Notes under the pieces: model-generated
Told to the model about the DNA's origin: nothing
Seen by the model: the letters and a program-made list of their open reading frames with translations, nothing else
Databases searched by the model: none
Made by a program: the position numbers and the translations under genes
Source: Ylistrum balloti
Taxonomy: Eukaryota
Direction: 5' to 3'
Length of the DNA stretch: 64,000 bases
Assembly: GCF_031769215.1 (NCBI RefSeq)
Contig: NW_026782376.1
Coordinates: 1,364,001-1,428,000 of the forward strand
Shown here: positions 51,353 to 64,000 of the stretch, one piece after another
Numbering within the stretch: the first letter of the stretch is position 1
Layout of the letters: each line of letters opens with the position of its first letter

Positions 51353-51564
51353 ATGTTCTTGCAAATTCCAAGGGATTCGCTTTACCTATGAAGGAAAGTA
51401 AGGGAGATATTTCTTCGGCAACTAGAGGTTAAAATCATTGGCTGTGAGTGAATGAAAATGGAGAACTAATGTTATTTCGTGAAAAAATGTAAAGAGTTAA
51501 GAACGAGAATTCATTTGACGTTTCGATTTTAAAGTGCACAAGGAATTGAATCGAAGATTAAACT

Positions 51565-52206
51565 ATGGCGAACCCTACTATTGTTATTCAGCCCCCAAGT
51601 GGCCAGACAAGATGGATGAGAGTGAAAGCAAATCTTCTCAAAAGTCCAATGATGGTATCTAGTGCAAAGAATTCCAACAGTGACAAAAACACCCAAAATA
51701 TTAACAAGTGGAAAAGAGTATCGTCTGCGGCGTTAGCAGCAAATCGAAAAAATCAGGATATCGGAAGCAGCGAATCTACAACCTATCCTCTGGGTTTTTC
51801 AAAAAACCGTTCGGTTTCCAATTCCGCTCAATCTCTGTGTTCATCTCATCAAAGCAACAATTCTCGTTTCTCTGTACGTCGTGGAAGTACAAAGAGGACC
51901 GGAAGTGGTTATCATACACAGAAAAAATCAAATTTGTTACCGAGACGCATGGTTGTAAAGGCATGGGAAGAACCAGGCATGATGGGTCATGGACAGGAAA
52001 CTGAGGAAATTGTGCTTTCAGAAATTAAAGGAAAAAGACGTAATATTGTAGGTCTTGAACTTATACATAGACTTTTTCAAATATGGCAGCCGCAGTTAGC
52101 CAAGTCTTGGAGACCTCCTGCGAAACCGGAAGCACCACCACCGATGATGGTACGATATCGTACTAGGTCGCCAAAGTGCAGACCACCTACTCCAAAGAAT
52201 GAATGA
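51565..52206 (+). CDS. Uncharacterised basic, Ser/Pro-rich ORF (213 aa); possibly the first coding exon of an unknown gene
   Basis: A 642-nt open frame in AT-rich DNA, with good ATG context (aaactATGG) and a protein-like composition. No family recognised. Confidence 0.5.
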   Translation: MANPTIVIQPPSGQTRWMRVKANLLKSPMMVSSAKNSNSDKNTQNINKWKRVSSAALAANRKNQDIGSSESTTYPLGFSKNRSVSNSAQSLCSSHQSNNSRFSVRRGSTKRTGSGYHTQKKSNLLPRRMVVKAWEEPGMMGHGQETEEIVLSEIKGKRRNIVGLELIHRLFQIWQPQLAKSWRPPAKPEAPPPMMVRYRTRSPKCRPPTPKNE

Positions 52207-52697
52207 ACATTTATATTTAGAAGAACTTTTCCCCATTTCCACGTATGATTAGATTTGTGTTGTACCTTGTTTATGGGTTAGGTGCTTCTACAACATAACG
52301 TGAGTCTCCCTTGATTTATCAGGAGGTTGTCAAACATTGCAGAAGAGGATTATTGGGATAATCCCGTGTTAAACGCCCCTATATCCCCTTGTGTGATCTT
52401 TTAAAACGCCCTTTAAGCCATATTCATGTTTTATTAATTCTTAAATGTCAACATAGAATTTATTGGCAGCTGTGTAACTATATAACCGGCGATCAGGTGC
52501 CTTCATTAACTGAACCAAAATATAAATATATACAGGCGTGACGTTTAGAAAATGACTTCTTGGTTCATGAACTGTGAATGAAAAATGTACGGTAATCCGG
52601 ATGTGACCTAACGGCAACTCCTCACGGGATATGTTTTCTTTTACTCTGAGACGAATTGCAAAAGTGAAGTTTATTGTTAATATAATATATTTCTACC

Positions 52698-52974
52698 NNN
52701 NNNNNNNNNNNNNNNNNNNNNNNNNNNNNNNNNNNNNNNNNNNNNNNNNNNNNNNNNNNNNNNNNNNNNNNNNNNNNNNNNNNNNNNNNNNNNNNNNNNN
52801 NNNNNNNNNNNNNNNNNNNNNNNNNNNNNNNNNNNNNNNNNNNNNNNNNNNNNNNNNNNNNNNNNNNNNNNNNNNNNNNNNNNNNNNNNNNNNNNNNNNN
52901 NNNNNNNNNNNNNNNNNNNNNNNNNNNNNNNNNNNNNNNNNNNNNNNNNNNNNNNNNNNNNNNNNNNNNNNNNN
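52698..52974. other. Assembly gap (277 N)
   Basis: Run of n characters. Confidence 1.
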
Positions 52975-55121
52975 AGGTAAATGATATAATGCATATGCAT
53001 GACACGCGAGATGTAATGTACTGTTTAAAGTGCATGTGTGGATTTTTATATTTTTATGATGTGTGTGTGATGGTGTATGTGTGTGTTCATCAATGCAGAC
53101 ATTTTTGATCGAGAGAAAATTATCGAAAAAATAATTCTTCAAATAAATACATTATATCATTTTGTCGAAAAGCATTTTATCATAAATTAGTTGCAATGTC
53201 TCTGTATATCGAGCACTGTAAACGTAATTATTTCAGCGGAATTTTAGCGTAATATATTTTTTAAACATATAAGCGCAATGATGTTTCTAGTATTCACAAT
53301 GACTGTTATTAACCACATACATAAGCAATAAGTTCAATGATATTTTAGCGCAATATCTAAAACGCGAAAAGTGCCAAAAGTACCACTAGAATATATAGAT
53401 TTACAGTAATTTTCACCTAATAGACTTGAAAATATTGATTATAAACCGTATGTTTTCAATAACAGTGAATATAAACGAATACCATCCTACAACTGCCCAA
53501 ACCACAGTCAGAACAAAACTGCCACATATTACATTAAATATATATATATATTCTATTTTACATAATGACAGAAATCAGTTGTAATCATATACATACATTC
53601 ATTCGATTATTAGAAATTAAATGCTTTGAGAATTATAGAATTCTATTTTTTTTTTATTCTTGCAATGCTTGATTTTTATTAGTGACTTAGGACAAAAAAT
53701 ACAAATTTGACGTTACATTTGTCTCGAAGTGTACAACTCCCTAAAACGTAATCACCTGACTCAATTCACAGAGGGAAGTCAATGTTAATAATCATAAAAC
53801 AGTTTGAATACTAAGATGGCACCCTTTGTAACTGGTTGATATCTAACAGTTTAAATGTCCTTGCTAAACTAACGTTTAGTATTAGCTCAACTTTGGCTCG
53901 GAATGGAAAGACAGAATTATTTTGTTGAAGACTTTGGCCAATTTTGTCTTTCCAGTCAATTAGGTAGAGAGATAGAAATACAGTGGAACTGCTCCAAACT
54001 GACCATGCATGGGACATGAATATTTGGTCGGTTTAGGGAGGGTTCGGTTTGTAGAAGTGAAACAAGTTGACCGGTCCGGACTCTGATATAGTAGAATCGA
54101 TTCCGTTCTGTACATTACCTTAATTCTTCAGCATTTACACTGTGTCAAACTGAATACAGAGAAATAAGTTTTATAGAGTAAAAATATATGTGAAAAACTG
54201 AAAGTATAAGCGAAAAACCAATGATACTTGTATTCTACGTGTGGTTCTAGTCGACAAGAAGTCTGCACATTGCCGGCGATCTCGGAGGTAACGTAACGTT
54301 ACCGACGTAGTCCGGGTCGGACAGTCGGCTTGTCCGAAAGAGTTGCCAACCAATATATTTGATGAATATGTGTTTCTGTTTATCATTATTAAAAAAAAAT
54401 CTTTTCTCAAACCAGACTCGATCTTTCCATTCTGTTTGTGTTCACATAACATATACATATAACCTGCAATTTAGATGCTAAGCTGCCGCCACGGCATTCT
54501 AACTCTGCATCAGTACTTATTTTCACTTTAGCTGTAACCGTGTCTCGCTTCGATGAAATGATGGACTCGGTCGATTTGGTTTTAATTTGTCATTGGAGAT
54601 AAAAATCGGTTCGATATTCGGAATTGAGGGGTCGGTATTGGGTAGGTTTTATTACTATAATGAACAGGACGTCATTCCGTACATCGCCATTTCGTTCGGT
54701 TTTTAGAGGTGATCGGTTTTGGAGAAGGATCAGTTTGGGAAAGTTGCACTGTAGAAAGTAGATCTGACCACTATAGACTTTTCCCACTCACCCTATTTAA
54801 TTTTAACAGATATTATCCATTAGACACACACAAAAAAAACATGTTCCGCATAACATAACAATCGGGTATGTTACCTTTCAAAAGTTACTTAGAAATTAAT
54901 TATGAACATTTTTTTCTTTCATTCAAATTGAGCAATCTGTGCAGTTTGAATTTATTGATTTCATTTGTGAAATGACACTTGTCACGGTGTTTCGTCTGTT
55001 TAAAAAGCTTGGCCTCTTGAGAAAAAGTTTTTTTCTCTTTATTCAACTTTTAACATAATTTATGTCTTCGTGCAATTTCAAGAAGCTGTGCTTACTTTGA
55101 GATAATGTAATTCAGACCTTT

Positions 55122-55277
55122 TGTGATGTATTTTACTATATCATGCATGCAAATCCGGAATTTCCTTGTCCGGCTCCTGAAAATAGTCCCGCCCAGCGCA
55201 ATAATAAAAGAAGTAGTTTGTACCGCCATGATGTGTGATATGTTCTGTGAAAAACCGTTTTGGGTCAAGACACGACA
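55122..55277 (+). repeat. 5' LTR
   Basis: Direct repeat of 59731-59886; TGTGATG...ACGACA; preceded by TSD CCTTT. Confidence 0.95.
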
Positions 55278-55280
55278 AAT

Positions 55281-55295
55281 TAGCGACGAGGATGG
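55281..55295 (+). other. Primer binding site, tRNA-Ser(GCU)-type
   Basis: TAGCGACGAGGATGG lies 3 nt after the 5' LTR. It has one mismatch to TGGCGACGAGGATGG, the complement of the 3' end (...CCAUCCUCGUCGCCA) of metazoan tRNA-Ser(GCU) as I recall it. Confidence 0.75.
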
Positions 55296-55466
55296 CGGAA
55301 ATCGTTCAGGAAATGTGTGAGCGAAGTTACCGCTGAGTACAGACATTCCATTATTGCCGGAGACCTCTGGTTTAAGGTATTTTCTGTTTGAGGTAGATTT
55401 CATTTGTCGGACCACGTGTGTCGGTGCGGGATTTTGTGAATTTCCCCAACATTAAATTACACCAGT

Positions 55467-58400
55467 ATGGCAGGTAAAGTGAGAAGAATTGACACTTTTG
55501 ACGAGGGTATTGAAAGGTGGGATGCATATAAGGAGCGGCCAGACCAATATTTCATTGTAAACTCTATTGAAGGAGATAAAAAAGTCCCAGCGCTCCTCAG
55601 CTTAATCGGCGGAAGGACATGTGGGTTGTTGCGTGATTTGACCGCCCCTGAGCTCCCAGCCACCAAAACATACGCCGTGTTGACCAAGGTATTACAAGAA
55701 CATTATTCTCCAAAACCGCTAGTGATAGCAGAAAGGTTCAGATTTCACAAACGGGACCAGCGGGATGGGGAGAATATTAGGGATTACAACGCAGCCCTGA
55801 GAAAACTTAGTGAAAATTGTGCGTTCGGGGATAACCTCAATGATGCTCTGAGGGACCGGTTAGTTTGTGGACTGAAGGCAGAACACATACAGAAAAAGTT
55901 GTTAACCGAGTCTGATTTAACGTACCAGAAGGCGTTAGAGGTTGCTATCGTCGTGGAAACAGCAACAAGGGATGCGGTAGAGCTACAGAAACAGCACGTG
56001 AAGGTCCCTGTTAATAAAATATGGAAAAGTAAGCCACAGACTGCACGGAAACCATTTGTTCATAAAAATAATGGGACAGAGTGTTACCGTTGTAAGGGTG
56101 CACACAAAGCAGATGATTATCGCTTCAAGGACGCGATTTGTCACGCGTGTAATAAAAAGGGACATATCAAGAAGGCTTGCAGGTCTGGTAAGCCTAGAAA
56201 TAGAAGTGCTCCTGTACACAAAGTGCGAGATGATAGTGGGTCTGAGTCCGAACTTATCAGTTCACTGGAAATATTTAACATTTCTGACAGATCGGGTGGC
56301 TCAGATGTCATCTGGTTATACCCAAAGATAGACCAGGTGGAACTTGCAATGGAGTTAGACACTGGGTCAGCAGTGTCCGTCATCAGCAAATCTGCATTTG
56401 ACAAGTACCTTCCCAAGAGAAAGCATGACCTCAAGGATACCTCAGTAATTCTTAAAACTTATGGTGGTGATAAGTTGAGTACACTTGGGATATGTACAGT
56501 GGAAGTTGATCTAAATAATCAGCATAAGTGTCTGGACATGTATGTAGTGAAACATGGAGGACCACCCTTATTCGGTAGAGACTGGTTGCACAAGATAAAA
56601 TTGGATTGGCACGAGATAAAGTCTGTCGCAGTGGCCAGTGGTTCGAAACCCCCTCTGAGTGTGGCTCAGCAACTTCAGAAATTTCCAAGTGTGTTAAAGG
56701 ATGAATTAGGCACTCTAAGAAACATCACTGCCAGGATCAAGGTTAAGGAGGGAGCCAATCCAAAAATCTGTAAACCACGGACCGTACCCTTTGCGATGAA
56801 AGAGAGGGTTGAGGCAGAACTAGACCGCCTAGTGAGCGCTGGCATATTGACCCAAGTTCAACATTCCGAATGGGCAACCCCGATTGTTACCAAACCAAAA
56901 CGGGATGGAAGCATCCGCATATGTGGGGATTTCAAGGTCACAATAAATCCGGTTCTGGATGTAGACCAGTACCCACTGCCCAAGATTGACGACATTTTCG
57001 CGACACTTGCTGGAGGCCAACATTTCACGAAGATTGATCTCAGGAATGCTTATCTGCAAATGGTTGTACGCGAAGAGGACCGACATTACCTGACAATCAA
57101 CACACATCGTGGGTTATTTCAGTACAATCGGTTGGTATTTGGAATTGCGTCGGCGCCAGCTATTTGGCAGAGATCCATTGACCAAATTCTTCAAGGCATT
57201 CCACGCGTGCAGTGTATCCTGGATGACATGATCGTTACGGGCACGACCGACGAAGATCATTTGGCAAATCTAGAAACAGTACTTGAGCGTTTAGACCGTT
57301 TCGGCTTGCGCGTTAACAAGGTAAAGTGTGAGTTTTTCAAAGACTCGATCGAATTTTGTGGGCACACCATTGACAAAGATGGACTACACAAGATGCCAAG
57401 CAAGGTGGAAGCTGTTGTTAATGCACCGCGCCCAGAAAACGTCAACCAACTCAGATCATTTCTGGGACTAGTGAATTACTATGCTAAGTTCATTAAAAAC
57501 TTGTCATCAATGGTAAACCCATTGAACCAGCTTCTGGAGGCAAACCGGAAGTGGGGTTGGTCGGCAGAGTGCGATACTGCATTTCAGCGCGTAAAGGAAG
57601 CTGTGGCATCGGAACAAGTACTGACTCATTTTGATCCAGGCAAGAAAGTGCAACTGACAACAGACGCATCTCCATACGGCATAGGCGCGGTATTATCGCA
57701 TGTTATGGAAGACGAATCCGAGAGGCCGATAGCCTTCGCGTCACGCTCGCTCTCAAAATCTGAATGCAACTATGCGCAGATTGACAAGGAAGCGCTTGCA
57801 ATTGTCTGGGGTGTGAAGAAATTTTACCAATATTTATATGGGCGTCATTTCATTTTACTGACGGATCATCAACCCCAGACATCGATCTTTCACACAGAGA
57901 AAGGTATTCCAGTGACAACCGCGGCAAGACACCAGCGTTACGCACTGTATTTAGCAGGCTTCCAATACGACATCAAGTACAAAAGTACAGCAAAACATGC
58001 AAACGCCGATTGATTATCGCGTCTACCCCTAGACATAAGGCCAGTACTGGAAGAAGATACTGTTGATGCCTTTATGGTGTCTTACATGAACACTCTCCCT
58101 GTGACCAGTAAGGAAATCGCACATGCAACGTTGAAGGACCAAACCTTATCAAGGGTGTACACCACCGTACAACAAGGGTGGACCGAGGGTGAAGACAAAT
58201 GCCTCGGTGTTTTCTACAATAAACGTACTGAAATAAGCATTCATCAGCATTGTTTGTTATGGGGAATACGTGTTATTATCCCCGAGGCGCTTAGAAGGAG
58301 AGTGTTAGACGAACTACATGAAGGATATTTGGGCGTGGTTAAGATGAAGAGCCTCGCCAGAAGCTACGTTTGGTGGCCTGGCATTGATGCTGACATCGAG

Positions 58401-59343
58401 CATGTTTGTAAGTCTTGTGTAGGATGCCAAGACATCAAGAATTCACCGCCAGCCGCACCTATCCATCCTTGGGAATGGCCATCCATTCCGTGGCAACGCA
58501 TTCACATCGACTTTGCGGGACCATTTCTCGAAAGGATGTTTTACGTAGCTGTAGATGCTCATTCAAAGTGGCCGGAAGTGGTTGCTATGACTTCGACAAC
58601 GGCAGAGCGAATTGTAGAGGTTCTCAGAGAAATATTCTGCAGGAATGGAGTTCCAGCTCAGGTTGTGAGTGATAACGGCCCACAGTTCAAATCTGAACAT
58701 TTTGCCAATTTTATAAAGTCTAACGGGATTAAACACACAACATCCGCCCCGTACCATCCGAGTACGAACGGTCTGGCGGAGCGCTTTGTCCAATCTTTCA
58801 AAAGCGCAATGAAAGCAAGTAAGAAAGACTCTGGGTCGATCCAGAAACGCTTGGCTAACTTCCTATTGGCATATAGGAACAGCAAACATATGACTACAAA
58901 TGAGAGCCCGGCAAAACTCTTCATGGGACGCAACTTACCGTCACTGCTGGATTTGATCAAACCTGATGTCCAACGACGCGTTAATGAACAACAATGGAAA
59001 CAAGAGTCGAAACGACGTTTCTTATCGTGTTGAAATTGCTCCTGGTGTTCTCTGGCGAAGACACTTGGACCAGATTCGTTCCACCGAAGTAGACGAGAAT
59101 ACATTGGAAGTTAACTTACCAATGAAGGGTGACATTCAGCCGAAACCTTCAATAATTGTCATGGAAAAACCTGTAAGTGACTCGTCTTCAGTACCGTCGA
59201 CTATACATCAAGAGTCATCGACTGAAGTCTGTGCATCATCTCAAAAAGTCACTGAGTCAGGAAAGGTGTCAACACCTGAGCGTCGTTATCCGCGTCGCAA
59301 CATCGTTCCTCCAAAGAGACTTCAAGATTTTGTTAGGATCTAG
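55467..59343 (+). pseudogene. Disrupted Gypsy gag-pol polyprotein (gag, Zn knuckles, aspartic protease, RT, RNase H, integrase)
   Basis: Zn knuckle CHACNKKGHIKKAC, protease LDTGS, RT ILDDMIV, RNase H TDASPYG/EKEALA-like, integrase HHCC and DDE (HIDFAGP, VSDNGPQF, NGLAERFV). In-frame TGA at 58011-58013 within HANAD*LSRLP. Frameshift near 59020, where the integrase C-terminal segment (VSYRVEIAPGVLWRRHLDQIR) continues in another frame. Confidence 0.92.
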
Positions 59344-59730
59344 GGTTCTGTGTTCAGTAGCAGACTTTTAAGACATCTTGAGTTATAATGGTGAGCACGC
59401 CGTGACAAGGGGCACAATAATCCCCGTGTGTATCGCAGGAACCACTTAGGTTCCTTAGTTGTTTTATTTGTAATTAAGTATCTGGCAGATGCTTTGTCAG
59501 TCAACTTTTAAGTATTCACGGTGCTACTACTGTTAGTGAATTATATATGTTACACTAGTTTTGTTGTTATGTTAAAGTTCATACAAAACGCAGTTTTCAA
59601 TTCAAAAGTACCTGTACCATAATTTGGCATATATCTAAACTAAAAATATCGGTGAATTTAATTAGTTTATTTTGCAAGAACTGATTTTGATGGACATGGT
59701 TAAATCACTTCAAAATTGGTAAGGGAGACA

Positions 59731-59886
59731 TGTGATGTATTTTACCATATCCTGCATGTAAATCAGGAATTTCCTTGTCCGGCTCCTGAAAATAGTCCCG
59801 CCCAGCGCAATAATAAAAAAAGTAGTTTGTACCGCCATGATGTGTGATATGTTCTGTGAAAAACCGTTTTGGGTCAGGACACGACA
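59731..59886 (+). repeat. 3' LTR
   Basis: Direct repeat of the 5' LTR; preceded by the PPT and followed by TSD CCTTT. Confidence 0.95.
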
Positions 59887-62800
59887 CCTTTCTTAAAGTG
59901 AAGATTTAATTGTACACGACTGAAAACAAGTCTATCAGTAATATTCACCCATCAAAAATAATACACAAACAAGTATGCCTCTAAGTTTTTGTCTCCACAG
60001 TCTTAAGGAAGATGTCGGATGTATTTGAATGGCGACTGACCATGCTGTTTTGATGCAGCAATTTTCGGCTAAATTTCACATAAAACACTCAAATAAGTTA
60101 TTATTTATGCTGGTAATGTCTCAATTTTGCGAGAGTTATGTCCCTTTGTTCATGTTTAGGCTGATTGAATTTAGTGAGGTACCGGGATAATACGTGTGAT
60201 GATTGTTTCAGATTATAAGTACCGATTGACTTGTCTAAATTAGAAAGTGTTACATATATTTCGTCAAGTGAACAATCTTCAACTCCTTTGAATGATTATA
60301 ATTTCAGTTGAATTAGACATTTTACAGCCCTTTGATAGATACATGTGTCTGTTCCGTTGTCTTTGGAACAAAATAGTGCAATATGCAATTTAAACAGCAT
60401 ATTTGGTAAAAATGCTATCTGTTTGAAAGAATAGGTGGTTCACAACATTTCTGTAGTAAATAAATCTAAAATTCCAGATGTTTGCTCCAGAACAATGATT
60501 TCCGGTCAACATCTCGATGTTTACGTCACAGCTCATTACCGTTTGGTACTTCCTGGTAATTACTCTACAATGTCCGCCATTACAATAGTGTTAAAATGAC
60601 GCTGTCTTATCATTTATATTAATCTATAATTATTCGTTTTCTTTGATAGCAACGGTAAATGTATAACAAAACATTTGTAAATTGGGTTTTCGATTTGTAG
60701 ATTGGATTTTCGGTCAACATGTGTTATGTTGAACCCTCGGACCAAACTGGTGCCTCTGGTTTAACACAACACATGTTGACCTCATACCCAGTCAACAAAT
60801 GTATACTATTATTTTGTCTTTTTGTAACAAGGAGAAATTTAAGGAGTACTTGGAAAATATTGCTACTTCCCCGTCTCCCTAGTCTCACAAGCCAAGATTT
60901 ATAAGGATTTATCAGTTTAAACTAGATGTATCTCTTCTAATGAACCATTTAGTAGTGTCATGAGTTTTTTAAAGATTGAAGTTGAAAAGTTACCTACCAG
61001 CAGCTAAATCATGAATCATGTGCCATTGAATTTCCGAAATGTATTTTCTATTTTGGAAAATTCAGAGTGATAATTTTCGTTAAATGTAAATGTTTCCTTA
61101 TCAGGAAAAAAACTGAAAGATCGTTTAAGTTGCTAGCTTAGACAATATGCACTAAAATACGGAGCGCACATGTGTACCAACTTTTAGGCAGCTGAGCCAA
61201 ATCCAGCGTGGTAAGATAAAACTTAAATAACAGTTTCATACACTAGTACAAGCGTGCGTTGATACTGAAACTGAAAAAATGAATTTGGACCTAAAATGTG
61301 AAGTGCTTATGTTTTCTATCTTACGTTTACGGTTTATCAGTATCAATAGCACATACGGTGAGACAGTACTCCCCATTTAATAATATATTCATGAGGTCGC
61401 AGTTTCTTTGTTTCTTTGTTTTGATACACCATTTTTAATAAAATAATACTATTAGTGAGTGTCGTTTGATTTAATTACGTTTTCGTATTTATATGCATTA
61501 GCCAAACCCAAGTGATAATGCACGTTTTGGAAGCATGAAAAAAATGTCATCTTAATGTTCAATGTATCTTTATGGTTATGAAACTTCGCACATTAAGCAG
61601 ACCAGTAATCCAGCAATTAAATTCCATTTTTGCTTTTTTTTTCTTGTACATTCACCAGCTTTAATCGTAATATCGCCAGCGACATATAAGGTTAACCTAC
61701 CCCTTTCAGTACATACATGTTCTATATTTAGACACAGTGAATGCGAATGCATGTTAGCCACTCGTTATTAGTGACCAAGGCGATGATCTGAAATAGATTT
61801 TCTGTCATAGTTATGCACCATACCTCTTGAAAAAATTCTAAAGGATATAAAAAAAGAACTTGTCGGGGAACAGAGCCTTGTAAAACACCATCCTGAATAA
61901 AGGAATTAATCCTTCAAAATAGTATCGTTCATTTCAGTGGAGAAGTGGTATTTGTTAATTGTGAGTAGGTCAGATTACTAGGTTATGTTACAGGCACTGT
62001 AAATAAGAACAAACATGTTTTCAATTATAAGGACGAACTCATTACAAATTTGAAATACGATATAGTGAACATAATAAAGAAGTAATTTGTGCTGTAAATG
62101 TATAGAAGAAGCAGGGTTTTCTTTTATAAATCGGTTTGACCTCTTCGACCAGGGTCGTTTATCATCAAATAAGCTGGGACATACCTGATCATCTTTGGAT
62201 TTTTTTATAAGCTTTCGTGGTCTGTACTAATATTTGAAGGTCCGTCCCGATTAGTACATTTAATGTTACACATAAAGTACCTACGAACCGGTTTTCTTCA
62301 TGAAACCAGAGTTACTTCCCTTTATTTCACTCTATCAAGGAACCTAGAATGGTATAAACAGACATGCCTTCAGTTGGCCCTCCTCCAAATTCTTCCTACC
62401 GAGTACCTATACACCGTTACGCTATTGGCGACTTTAAATTAAGGTGTCGTGTGTAACATGATTATAGTAACATTGTGCATTACGTGTACTGATATTACGT
62501 TTAATCATGACTAATGTAAAACAAGTTAATTGATTATAATACCTTTACCACACGAAGGGATACGTTTAAGCCCCACGTGTCTGATAAGTAGTTTCCCCAC
62601 GTGCAGGTTTATATACCTATACATTTAATCATCTTAACTTACAGTATATATACACACACTACTAGCGTCACCTAATATTTCAGTTAATGTCTACCTCGGC
62701 CCCTAGAATGTATTTATTGATATCGGCCTATATTATCTACATAACTAACTGCAAAATCACAAATTTAAAGATTTTTTATATATACTATCCAAATCCATAC

Positions 62801-63894
62801 ATATTTCCTTCACATTGACCCTGAATTGCGTTTCAAATAAATTAACCTTATTTATTTATTTATTTATTTAATGTTTTATGCCTTTTTTGTCTCCAATTCC
62901 CTTAATTAACATAACATCATACATCATACAATGCATTATACAGCTGTCTCGTATTCTAAGGACAAGGTCAGTGATGCTAAGACATCACGTATCAGAAAGA
63001 TAACGTTTTTTTTTTAAATCACTTAAGAAATGTGTCACTATAGACTGGAATATTCAACAACCCGATAATTCAATAAATTTGCAATACAAAACGTATATAC
63101 ATAAAAAAGAATTGTGAAGTTCTGGTCTGTGACTCTCTTCATGTGAATCAAAAACGTGAGTCATATGGCACGTGTAACCACAGCTGTGTAATCATTTTAG
63201 CTAGCCTCAGTGTAACTCCATAAATGTTATAAATACTGACCAAGAAATACAATTTATTTAAGAATTGATTTTGAAGAAGATTTAAGTAGGTTATGCAGGT
63301 TGTCTTATCAATATTTATAATTTTTTGTTACAAAATTCCTTCCACTGATATATATATATATATATCGAGATCTATACTACCTCACTATTTGCTATATTCA
63401 TCACCCTGTGAACAGCCTGGTCATTTTGGCGGCTACCTCGTTGAATAACATACGGAAGGCTCATTGCATGCTTTTTCAAAGTGGTTGTGGTAAAGTGTTT
63501 TATTCAAGGCCATAAACATGGCGACACTGGTCTGTCTGTTACCTCGGTTACGTAAAGAGAAACCGGTCAGGGTAGAGATCAAAATAAACACCTCGGATCT
63601 TCAAATTATGTTAAAAATCGGGTGTTCTACTGATTGTGATATCAATATACTCATATACCATATCTTCAATATATTTATCATTAAAGGCATTCTTGCGTCT
63701 CGTTAACTATCTGATTTTGTAGTGCAATGTGTACACTACTGCGATAACTCCCTGGACACTTTTTCACAGAAACATTTGAACATTATGTTTTGTCATTAAA
63801 GTGCTTAAATACATTTTGATTTTTGCGTCATTTTCGTTATTTTCGGTTTTGGAAATACTATTTCAGGAAGAATAGTTATAGAACATAAGACCAG

Positions 63895-64000
63895 ATGAAT
63901 GTCCACAAAATAGTAATTAACCACCCCTCCCTCACAAAAAAAAAAAAAAAAACCAGAAAAAACATGAATATTGAACCCCATGAATATATATGATTTTACA
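63895..64000. mobile_element. Related MITE copy, running off the window edge
   Basis: GTCCACAAAATAGTAATT ... CATGAA..ATATGATTTTACA matches 1737-1805. Confidence 0.55.

Larger units (their letters stand above)
55122..59886 (+). mobile_element. Ty3/Gypsy LTR retrotransposon (Mag-like), structurally complete but coding-defective
   Basis: 5' LTR 55122-55277 and 3' LTR 59731-59886, both 156 bp with TGT...ACA ends and 6 mismatches by manual alignment. 5-bp TSD CCTTT at 55117-55121 and 59887-59891. PBS at about 55281-55295, purine tract AAGGGAGA just before the 3' LTR, and internal gag-PR-RT-RNaseH-IN. Confidence 0.96.

Noticed and set aside
52622-53142. Four ORFs full of X residues
   Set aside because: Artefacts of the N gap.
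58011-58013. Programmed stop-codon readthrough in pol
   Set aside because: The TGA replaces a normally coded residue inside the conserved ANAD.LSRLP motif rather than sitting at a gag/pol boundary, and the element has a second lesion. Simple decay is more likely.
55122-59886. The neighbouring Gypsy element as the cause of the GH31 intron loss
   Set aside because: Reverse transcriptase acts in trans, so proximity is not evidence, and nothing links the timing of the two events.

Overview
AT-rich animal genomic DNA with GT-AG spliceosomal introns; the repeat types suggest a bivalve mollusc, which is an inference. From left to right the window holds: (1) TMEM69 on the minus strand with an intronless CDS, head-to-head with (2) an 18-coding-exon RAD17 on the plus strand, about 707 aa; (3) a 24.5-kb, 31-coding-exon gene for a type II membrane protein of about 2,742 aa with three tandem trefoil+GH31 alpha-glucosidase modules (sucrase-isomaltase/maltase-glucoamylase-like); (4) an orphan 213-aa ORF; (5) an assembly gap; (6) a structurally complete but decayed Ty3/Gypsy LTR element with 156-bp LTRs, CCTTT TSD, tRNA-Ser(GCU)-type PBS and PPT; plus minisatellites, MITEs and HINE-like repeats. 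The most striking feature is the GH31 gene. Module 1 and the first half of module 2 share the same eight intron positions. From the GY|VWP boundary onward, the rest of module 2 and all of module 3 sit in one 4,140-nt intronless exon, about 35 expected intron positions fewer. This fits large-scale 3'-biased cDNA-mediated intron loss. Exon models were built by hand from splice signals, frame continuity and recognised protein motifs; no database searches were run.
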